Of a stretch of DNA of 64,000 nt, positions 56,913 through 64,000 are shown piece by piece. The stretch's first letter is position 1, and each line of letters begins with the position of its first letter. The position numbers and the translations under genes are program-made. The notes beneath the pieces were generated by a model. That model saw nothing but the letters and a program-made list of their open reading frames with translations, was not told the DNA's origin and made no database searches. The DNA lies in IMG/VR virus record IMGVR_UViG_3300024054_000362, positions 157,423 to 221,422 of that record. The stretch is one strand, 5' to 3'.

Positions 56913-57446
56913 ATGAGTCGCGAAGACGACGACAAAGGCGAAATCGAAATCGGTGCCGTGTTCCCGGGCGGGACGCTCGAAGAAGCGCAAGCCTTCGTGC
57001 AGCTCCACCTGGCGAACGGCGCCAAGTGTCCTGCCTGTGGACAATTCGCCAAGCTCTATCGCAGAAAATTGAATGCCACGATGGCCTACGCGCTCGTGCT
57101 GATCCACCAGTTCTTCAAGAAGAACCCGCAACACGCCTGGATCCACGTCGCGTCGTTCTTGGTCAACACGCGTCGCGATAGCTCGGTGGCAGGTGGTGAT
57201 GTTGTCAAGCTCCGACACTGGGGCTTGATCGAGCGCGTCGACGGCGAGCGCGGCGATGGCAGTGACCGTGTCGGTCGGTACACGATCACGGAGCTGGGAC
57301 GACGGTTCGTCGAGGGGGCGATCGCCGTTCCGCGCTACGCATATCTGTTCAATCAGATGCTCATGCGGTTGAGTGAAGAGAAGACGACGATCCAGGAGGC
57401 GTTAGGCGATCGATTCTCGTACGAAGAGCTACTGCAAGGAGCCTGA
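56913..57446 (+). CDS. Zn-ribbon/winged-helix protein
   Basis: CPACGQ; LRHWGLIE...YTITELG. Confidence 0.6.
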   Translation: MSREDDDKGEIEIGAVFPGGTLEEAQAFVQLHLANGAKCPACGQFAKLYRRKLNATMAYALVLIHQFFKKNPQHAWIHVASFLVNTRRDSSVAGGDVVKLRHWGLIERVDGERGDGSDRVGRYTITELGRRFVEGAIAVPRYAYLFNQMLMRLSEEKTTIQEALGDRFSYEELLQGA

Positions 57447-58314
57447 AGATGAACTGCACCTGCGATCAGCGCGGCGACTTCTGCCCCGAGCATCCCACCT
57501 GCGCGTGCGGTTGCGAGCGGCACGCGCACCGCGGCAACGCCGAGTGCATCGCCGGCTCGATGAACTGCCACGGTTGTAACGCCTACCGCCCGGCGCGGCT
57601 CAAACGCTTCCACGAGCTGTACGACCACGACCTTGAAGACATCACGTTGGATGCCCTCAAGCTCGCCTACAGAGACCTGCGCGCGCACCACATCGAAGAA
57701 ACCACGGCGTTGTGGCATAGGATCACCAATCCGAAGTGAAGACCTACGAGACCAAGCCGTCTGAGCCGCCGACAACATGTCCCGTCCCGCGATGTGGCTA
57801 CAAGCGCGTCTGGAAGTATTTCAAGTACGACCGCGTACGCGGTGGTCGTAAGCCGCCGCGTGACGGTTGGCGGGCGCACTGTGCAGCCTGTGCGGTGCTC
57901 ACCGAGCTACGCCATCATAAACGCCGCGCCGAAGTACTCCAAGAACGCTGGTCGGCGATGGTAGAACCGCCGAAGCCTGTGCCGCGTCGATAGTTCTCGT
58001 TCTGACGAAAAGCCTCGACGACGGTGAAGACCGACGACGGTGAGGACTTGCGGAATTAGTCTTGCTTTGGTGCTTGCTTTAGTGAGTGCCTTTGTGCTGT
58101 GCTATAGCTCTCGACTTCTAGGGGAACCATGGGCACCAAAATCACGGCACTTGCCAAGGCGAAAAAGATCGGCATGTACGAAGACGCCAAGAGGGCGATC
58201 TTCGTCAACGTCACCGAAATCGACATCGAGCGCGCGACATGCTTCGCGCCCGACCAGTGCGCAATGGCCAAGGCTGCTTGCCGCGCAATTCCGAATGCGT
58301 TGAGGGCCTTCTTC

Positions 58315-59505
58315 CATGCTTATCCGGTTAACACCCCAAACATGATTTAGACACATGAGTACCGTACTGACACATCAAGTCACGATCTGGATGGCAGGCG
58401 ACAAGTTGTGCTGAACCTCGCGAACTGGCGTAAGTACCAGCACCTGTTTGTCCCTCCGTCCGATCGCCCGTGCATCGCTGGAGTCAGCGGTGGTTCGACG
58501 AGTGGTGTGATGGCCGCGCTGCTCTCGGCTGCCGTGCTCATGTCGTTCCAGAACACGGGCAAAGAGCACGCGCTGACTTACGAATTCCTGGAGGCGCTCG
58601 CAGATGCTATCGGTCGCGAGATTGTCTGGTTGGAGTACCGCCCGCCCGCCTCGCGCGGGGCCCCGCCTGCGGCGGCACGTTTTGCAGTCGTAACACCGCG
58701 AACCGCTGATCGTAGCGGCGGACCGTTCGAGATGATGATGATGGACGCGATCAACGCATATCGCGCAGCCATCGGTAAGGGGCCGATCGCGCCGTGGTGG
58801 CGCTCGCGCATCTGCACGACGTACATGAAGACGCGACTCGCGCGCCGCTACGTGGAGTCGCTTGGGTGGAACGGCCACGATGAACTAGTGGGGCTTCGTG
58901 CCGACGAGCCCGATCGTGTGGCCAAACTCCGCGTGGGCGTCCCCAAGCGAATCGGTCGCCATGCGCCGCTTAGCGTCGCTGGTTTCACGGCCAACGATGT
59001 AGCTGCGTTCTGGGGTGAGCAGTCGTTCAGGCTCAACCTGCCGCCTCACCTCGGCAACTGCACTGGATGCTTTCTAAAGGACCAGGCCGACCAAAGCCGC
59101 GCGCTCGACCAGAATGGCGACGTCGATTACTGGGCGGGTATGCAGGAGCGGCATCCGGGATTCGGCGGCAAGAATCACCCCGGCTATCGTCGGCTCGCAG
59201 CCGAGGCGCCATCGCGTTACGCGATTGAGGCGGCACTGTTGGCCGGGCGAACGCCCGATAACGAGAACGGTATGGAGTCTCGTCGGTTCAAGCTTGTTGT
59301 CATCCAGGAGCGCAAGCGGCTAGCCGGACAGGTGGCGCCGTTCTCGTGTGCGTGCGAGGGCTCCGACGCACTAGCGCAGATGGACGACGACGAAGAGAAC
59401 GCATACATCGCATCACTACCAAGTGAGGACGCGGCATGAAGAGTGCCAATTCACAATCTAACAAGGACGGTCAGACCTGTTATGGGTGCCAACCGGATAA
59501 GCATG
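58315..59505. mobile_element. non-autonomous TIR transposon/mobile insertion cassette with passenger gene
   Basis: TIR CATGCTTATCCGGTT (58315-58329) and its complement (59491-59505); TSD CCTTCTTC at 58307-58314 and 59506-59513; no transposase. Confidence 0.9.
58408..59439 (+). CDS. PAPS-reductase/PP-loop family protein
   Basis: SGGSTS, NTGKEH..TY, RICT..MK, GLRADE..R, GNCTGCFLK. Confidence 0.8.
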   Translation: MLNLANWRKYQHLFVPPSDRPCIAGVSGGSTSGVMAALLSAAVLMSFQNTGKEHALTYEFLEALADAIGREIVWLEYRPPASRGAPPAAARFAVVTPRTADRSGGPFEMMMMDAINAYRAAIGKGPIAPWWRSRICTTYMKTRLARRYVESLGWNGHDELVGLRADEPDRVAKLRVGVPKRIGRHAPLSVAGFTANDVAAFWGEQSFRLNLPPHLGNCTGCFLKDQADQSRALDQNGDVDYWAGMQERHPGFGGKNHPGYRRLAAEAPSRYAIEAALLAGRTPDNENGMESRRFKLVVIQERKRLAGQVAPFSCACEGSDALAQMDDDEENAYIASLPSEDAA

Positions 59506-59815
59506 CCTTCTTCTACGAGAATGCTGTGTACATCGCATACTACGACACGAAGACAAAGAAGAAGAGGACCTTGCGCTTCATTCCTTCACCGGAAGCGCGG
59601 AAGAACATTCATACCTTCGACACGACCGGGAAGTTCTCTCCAGGACGCTACCGGCTGGACGCACCCAAGGGTTCGGACACGCTGGCCAGCATTCGTGAGC
59701 GGAGTCGACGTCGTCCTGGTCGACATCCTCCGAGCAACAAGCCGGTGATCAAGCGCGCTGTCAAGGCTACCGTCAAAGGGCGTCTGCAGTACGCCTACGC
59801 CTACTAGCCGAGACC

Positions 59816-60277
59816 GTGAAGACCGACGACGAGATCAGTCACGCGATCGCGCGAGCACACAGCGACGAAGCCGTGTTCGCTGACTACCTGCGCGGCTTTG
59901 GTCTCGTCGTCGATACACTCTCCCGCGGTTTTCGAAAGTCGCTCGACGACATCGCGCAGTACGCCCACGACGTCGACCTGCAAGTCGCCGGCTACGCTTG
60001 CCAGTACAAGCATCGCGGCAACGCGCGGCTCGCGTACATCGTCAGGAACTACTGGGGGCCGTTCCTCGACGAGAAGCAGAAGGCCGATCGCACGCCGGTC
60101 GACTTCTACATCCTCGACTTCACCGACGCGACAGTGATCGCACCGTATGCACCGGATCTGTGGAAAGTCCAGACCAACGACGATCGATCGGACCGAGCAC
60201 GCGCGAAACAGTTCTACATCGTGAACATCCGCGACTGCGTCCAGCTGCAAGCCTGGATCGACTGGCTCAGAAGCTGA
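59816..60277 (+). CDS. hypothetical protein, possibly nuclease fold
   Basis: DVDLQV...QYK. Confidence 0.5.
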   Translation: MKTDDEISHAIARAHSDEAVFADYLRGFGLVVDTLSRGFRKSLDDIAQYAHDVDLQVAGYACQYKHRGNARLAYIVRNYWGPFLDEKQKADRTPVDFYILDFTDATVIAPYAPDLWKVQTNDDRSDRARAKQFYIVNIRDCVQLQAWIDWLRS

Positions 60278-60430
60278 CGTCGAGTGATCTCGCCGCGGTT
60301 CGTTCGCATCATAGGCTTGACTTGTCAGGTACATCTGCGAAACGTTCAGTTCCAGTAGAGAACGGCTTGACTCGTCGAAGTCGTGCGTGAGAGGTTCAGT
60401 TCGAGTAGAGCGCGACAATTTAGGGAGCAC

Positions 60431-62536
60431 ATGAAGAGCACGAGGCTAGGGCCTCGGTCACTCACTGCCCGTAGGGTTCGGGACGTTGAGCGACCACTGG
60501 TCGAGGACATTCTTGCGACCGCAGATCGTGGAGCCGCTCTCGCCGTAGCGTTCGGTGCGCAGGAAACTCGCGCTGTCTGTCTTTGGTCGGATATCGGCAA
60601 GGCATCCGAGTCCTGGCAGATCCAGCAACGCGGGTCGAAGTACGGCCTACGTATTAACCATGTTGGATTAGGCGTTTGGCACACCTTACGCGTTCCCGGC
60701 ATCCCGTCCATGCAACGATTGGCAATCGCTGTCGCGATCGCCGGTCACCATGGTGGTCTCCCAGACGCAAGTTACCTACCTGCACTGGCAGATGAGAGCG
60801 CACCGCTTCGAGAGGCGCTGATCGATCTTCCCGACGAGATCACTGCCCTTCCCGTAATGCGACAACGTCGGTTCGCAAACGCGACGCATTTGTTCATGTT
60901 CACGCAGATGATCGCGTCGGCACACATCGACGCCGACTGGCAAAACGCGGCGGAATGGGAGCGAGAAGTCTGTGGTGCGCCCATCACACGACCTTCGTAT
61001 CCGAGCATCGAACAGCTCTACCGACAGTTGGAGAGCGTGTGCAGTGACACACGGCTCGATCGGAGCGATCTCCGTACTGCGTTCCGTTTGCACTATCTAA
61101 GTGCCGCTGAACGTGTTCCGGGGTTCTATTCGTTCTCAGCCCCTCTCGGTGCGTTCAACGTCGAAGCCTTGGCGCTGTACGGGCTGGCACACGCGCGACG
61201 CAACGCACGAGAAAGGGTCATCCTTGTCTGTTCGACGCAGATGATGTTCGAAGAGTGCACAGACAAGCTTCGTGCCTCTCTCGGAGACGCATTCGCAGAG
61301 CCCGCCGCGTTCGACGTCCAAAGTTGTGGGTTCAGTCCTCGTGTCGAGACCTGGGACGCTCCTGTCGTCGTTACCGCGCTTCGAGATTTCTTAGGGCTCC
61401 TCTTTGACAATCGTCCAGCGTCTCTGCGACGTTTCCATCACCTCGCACGCGCAGTGGTCGTTGTCGTCGACGCACAACAGATCCCGTTGCCCGTGCGCAC
61501 GTTGACCCGCGAAGCGTTACAAGTACTCGTTGATCATTTCCACGCTTCGGTGTCGCTCGTGTCGGCGGTCCCCTACGGAGTCGCGGAGGACGATCGACCA
61601 GAGTTGTTGGGGCCAAAGGACGCCTTCAACACGGTCTACGGAGAGATTCAGACCACATGGCCCGATCATCACGAACCGTTACCCTCCGCCGTACAGATCG
61701 CACACGAGATCGCCGAGCACGCTGAGTGTTTGACGGTTCTCCAAGATGCATCCAGATTGCGTGAGGTAGCACAAGCGATGAGGGCGTACGTCCCCGACGT
61801 CCAGGTCACTGCCGTGTCGTCTCGGATGTGTGCTGAACATCGTCGTGCGGTGATACGTAACCTTCGTGGAGGGTGTATCATCGCCGACGAAATCGGGAGT
61901 GCTCTCGCGAGGACGTTCAATACGGTCCTGTGTGAGATGACCGAACTGCCGACCATGGCCGCTGCTGCCTGTCGTGCGTTTGGTGACGGTCAGCGGCGTG
62001 CAAACTTCAAAGTTCTTCTCTCGACGAGACGTACGGCTGGAGCTGTCGTCACGCACCTCATGTGGCGAGGTCGTTCAACACTGGCGTTTCAGGATCCCGC
62101 AACCTGGCGCGAGTACTTTCTGGACTTGCGCTCCGGGGTTCTACCAAACGATCGGCAGTGGGCCGACGCTCGTCAGGCGGACGTCGAGTGTCTTCGGTTC
62201 CGAACACTGGCCGCGGAAATGTTGCGTGTCGGCAAACGCTGCGCGGCACCTGTGAGCCTTGGGTTGGGAGAAGCCAGCCTAGTCCCGGTCGTCGTTCCTA
62301 TGCCACTGCCGAGGGGTGGCTCCAGACCGGCGACCAAAGCCTTGATCGACAGGCTTCGTGCAGACGGTTCAAGTCAAGAAATTCTACGTCGACTCATGAG
62401 CTACGTCGTGTGGATCTCCGTCGACGAGCGCACACAACTTCTTCGCGACGGTCATGCTGTCTGGGTCAGCGAGGCCGTGGTCTATGTGATCAACGAGCTT
62501 CTGTACGATGAATTTGGGCTGAAGCCACTAGCCTAG
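60431..62536 (+). CDS. cas3: type I-C Cas3 homologue, catalytically degenerate
   Basis: IAGHHGGLPD, IDADW, ETWDAPVVVT, SRMCAEHR and YD..FG match I-C Cas3; HD reads SD, Walker A reads APLGAFNV, Walker B reads VDAQ. Confidence 0.85.
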   Translation: MKSTRLGPRSLTARRVRDVERPLVEDILATADRGAALAVAFGAQETRAVCLWSDIGKASESWQIQQRGSKYGLRINHVGLGVWHTLRVPGIPSMQRLAIAVAIAGHHGGLPDASYLPALADESAPLREALIDLPDEITALPVMRQRRFANATHLFMFTQMIASAHIDADWQNAAEWEREVCGAPITRPSYPSIEQLYRQLESVCSDTRLDRSDLRTAFRLHYLSAAERVPGFYSFSAPLGAFNVEALALYGLAHARRNARERVILVCSTQMMFEECTDKLRASLGDAFAEPAAFDVQSCGFSPRVETWDAPVVVTALRDFLGLLFDNRPASLRRFHHLARAVVVVVDAQQIPLPVRTLTREALQVLVDHFHASVSLVSAVPYGVAEDDRPELLGPKDAFNTVYGEIQTTWPDHHEPLPSAVQIAHEIAEHAECLTVLQDASRLREVAQAMRAYVPDVQVTAVSSRMCAEHRRAVIRNLRGGCIIADEIGSALARTFNTVLCEMTELPTMAAAACRAFGDGQRRANFKVLLSTRRTAGAVVTHLMWRGRSTLAFQDPATWREYFLDLRSGVLPNDRQWADARQADVECLRFRTLAAEMLRVGKRCAAPVSLGLGEASLVPVVVPMPLPRGGSRPATKALIDRLRADGSSQEILRRLMSYVVWISVDERTQLLRDGHAVWVSEAVVYVINELLYDEFGLKPLA

Positions 62537-62581
62537 GTGGCTGGTCTTCCGAGCAGGTTCGCAGGGAAAGTAGGCTAGGTA

Positions 62582-62620
62582 CGCCTTAAAAATCAAGGAC
62601 TTACGAGTTTACTCTCGACA
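62582..62620 (+). promoter_or_regulatory. conserved ~40-bp upstream element, copy 2
   Basis: CGCCTTAAAAATCAAGGACTTACGAGTTTACTCTCGACA upstream of cas5. Confidence 0.55.
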
Positions 62621-62663
62621 GAACGGACGCCTCGCGCGTCGTAGACAACAACAGGGAGAGCAC

Positions 62664-63299
62664 ATGAAACGGAGCAGTGTACTTGCACTACGCGCAATGG
62701 GGCGGCGCGCGTGTTGGACGAACCATCTTTGTCGTGTCGAACGACAGACATACGACATTCCTACGCCGTCTGGCGCTGTAGGGGTGTTCGAAGCTGTCAA
62801 TTGGCATCCCGGAATGCATTGGGAGCTGCACAAAATCTGGGTACTCAAGCCCATTCAGCACTTTTCACTGCGCACGAACGAGGTGAAGTGTTTCGCAGGC
62901 CGCCAGCCAATCAACATCGACAGCAATCGGACGCAGCGCAATACCGTCGGGCTCTACGACGTCGACTACATCTTCGAGGCCAGCTTCGTACTGGACGCGC
63001 GTGCGTCTCACGACGTCGCGACCAACGAAGACATCTTTCGTCGGCGCGTCAAGAACGGTGCCTGCTATCACACGCCGTATCTGGGGATGCACCCCTTTAT
63101 CTGTGACGTGATGGCGCCGCCTGCCCAGTATACGCCGATTCGCCTGAGTCGGAGTTTTGGGCGAATGTTGTACGGGTTCGACTACACGAATAAGAAGCCG
63201 ACGCCGCTCTACTTCGAAGCCTCGATGGAGAACGGTGTCGTGCAGATCCCTTCGCGTGAATACGTTCTTCAGAACCAAGGGATCAACCATGTTCCGTGA
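62664..63299 (+). CDS. cas5: type I-C Cas5 (Cas5d/Cas5c)
   Basis: ACWT...VERQTYDIPTPS, W.P, VLKPI, RTNEV, RTQR..L.DVDY, PYLG, GRMLY. Confidence 0.92.
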   Translation: MKRSSVLALRAMGRRACWTNHLCRVERQTYDIPTPSGAVGVFEAVNWHPGMHWELHKIWVLKPIQHFSLRTNEVKCFAGRQPINIDSNRTQRNTVGLYDVDYIFEASFVLDARASHDVATNEDIFRRRVKNGACYHTPYLGMHPFICDVMAPPAQYTPIRLSRSFGRMLYGFDYTNKKPTPLYFEASMENGVVQIPSREYVLQNQGINHVP

Positions 63300-64000
63300 G
63301 TTGTACGAATTCGCCCAGCGCAACCGATTAGCAGACCCCGGCTTTCAGAATCGATTCGTCCATTACGAGATCGTCCTCGACGAGAACGGTCGATTGATCT
63401 CAGGACATCGGATCGACGCAGAAATGCGCGCCCCCATGATGCCGAACAGGGCTGGTACCATCGTCCGTCCACAAGCTTGCATCGAATCGGTGCAGTACAT
63501 CCTTGGGCACGTCCTCGCAAAGCCGGGGGAGGACCCGCACAAGAAGCAAGAGCGTGCAGTGATTCTCTTCCGGGGACACTACGCGCACGTACACCGTATG
63601 GCGGAGGAAACCGGCGATCCCTACGCTCGGGCGTTGGCCAACTTCGTACGAGACGTCGACAATGGTGTCTATGGTCCGCCTCAACAGGCCGCCGAACGCT
63701 GTTTGGGATGGACATCTGTCGACGAACCGCTTACCGGCAGTGAGTGGTGTGTCTTCGCCGTCAAGGAACCGGATCAGCCGAAGTACTACATCCACGATCG
63801 GCCGGCGGTCTCACAGTGGCTTCGCGCGAACCGGCCCACTGCCGACAGCGACGTTGTTATCACATGCGCTGTGACAGGTCGCCAAGACAAACTCTGTATG
63901 ACGTGGAACAAGGTCAAAGGCATTCCTGGTACGCAAGGGTCAACTCTCGTTTCGTACAACCATGCCCCGTGGACTTCCTACGGCTTCGACCAAGGGGAAA
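63289..64000 (+). CDS. cas8c: type I-C Cas8c (Csd1), truncated by window end
   Basis: MFRELYEF..PGF...IVLDENG; YILG; CAVTG...KVKGIPG..LVSYN...SYGFDQGE; not in the ORF track because no stop codon occurs in the window. Confidence 0.85.
   Translation, partial: MFRELYEFAQRNRLADPGFQNRFVHYEIVLDENGRLISGHRIDAEMRAPMMPNRAGTIVRPQACIESVQYILGHVLAKPGEDPHKKQERAVILFRGHYAHVHRMAEETGDPYARALANFVRDVDNGVYGPPQQAAERCLGWTSVDEPLTGSEWCVFAVKEPDQPKYYIHDRPAVSQWLRANRPTADSDVVITCAVTGRQDKLCMTWNKVKGIPGTQGSTLVSYNHAPWTSYGFDQGE

Larger units (their letters stand above)
58129..59807 (+). pseudogene. hypothetical gene split by the TIR cassette
   Basis: 58129-58314 joined to 59514-59807 is in frame (NALRAFF-YENAVY), giving 159 aa. 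Confidence 0.85.
58024..59831 (+). repeat. 16-bp direct repeats bounding an inserted module
   Basis: GTGAAGACCGACGACG at 58024-58039 and 59816-59831. Confidence 0.6.

Noticed and set aside
60278-64000. CRISPR array near the cas genes
   Set aside because: No repeat-spacer periodicity in the gaps at 60278-60430 or 62537-62663; an array may lie beyond the window
1-64000. Genome-wide TAG recoding
   Set aside because: Conserved genes read through in the standard code and many TAGs are followed directly by the next start; only 22177 looks like readthrough
1-64000. tRNA/rRNA genes, integrase, terminase, portal, major capsid protein
   Set aside because: None recognisable by eye; virion type and lifestyle cannot be fixed from this window

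Overview
A 64-kb stretch of a large, GC-rich virus or virus-like element. Genes are densely packed and often overlap at ATGA/TGATG junctions. I found no host housekeeping operons, tRNA/rRNA, terminase, portal or HK97 capsid gene. Four zones are visible. (1) About 1.5-23 kb: a putative virion/envelope region with membrane-anchored cell-wall enzymes (SGNH hydrolase, SleB-like hydrolase, two M23 peptidases, SLT-like protein), a membrane-anchored C39 peptidase, a glycosyltransferase/methyltransferase/2OG-oxygenase cassette between two inverted paralogues, and many small Arg-rich proteins ending in [L/V/F]G plus a poly-Arg tail. Many of these units have a GATCGC-N4-RCGATC palindrome upstream. (2) About 23.5-45.2 kb, minus strand: DNA metabolism genes (Dam-like MTase, dTMP kinase, DinG, UDG-PolA fusion, HerA-like ATPase, nrdB/nrdA, SSB, Sak4-like ATPase, PD-(D/E)XK exonuclease, SNF2). 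Three of these carry inteins in conserved functional motifs. (3) About 45.5-60.3 kb, plus strand, after a candidate origin: HTH protein, helicase-like ATPase, ThyX, GIY-YIG endonuclease, primase-polymerase and small accessory genes. This zone includes a transposase-less TIR cassette (15-bp TIRs, 8-bp TSD) carrying a PAPS-reductase-family gene that splits another gene. (4) 60.4-64 kb: the start of a type I-C cas operon (cas3-cas5c-cas8c). Cas3 has lost all its ATPase motifs and two HD-domain histidines, and Cas5c appears to lack its RNase triad. No CRISPR array lies in the window. Family calls come from motif recognition by eye, not database searches, and several start codons are re-assigned from RBS/overlap context.
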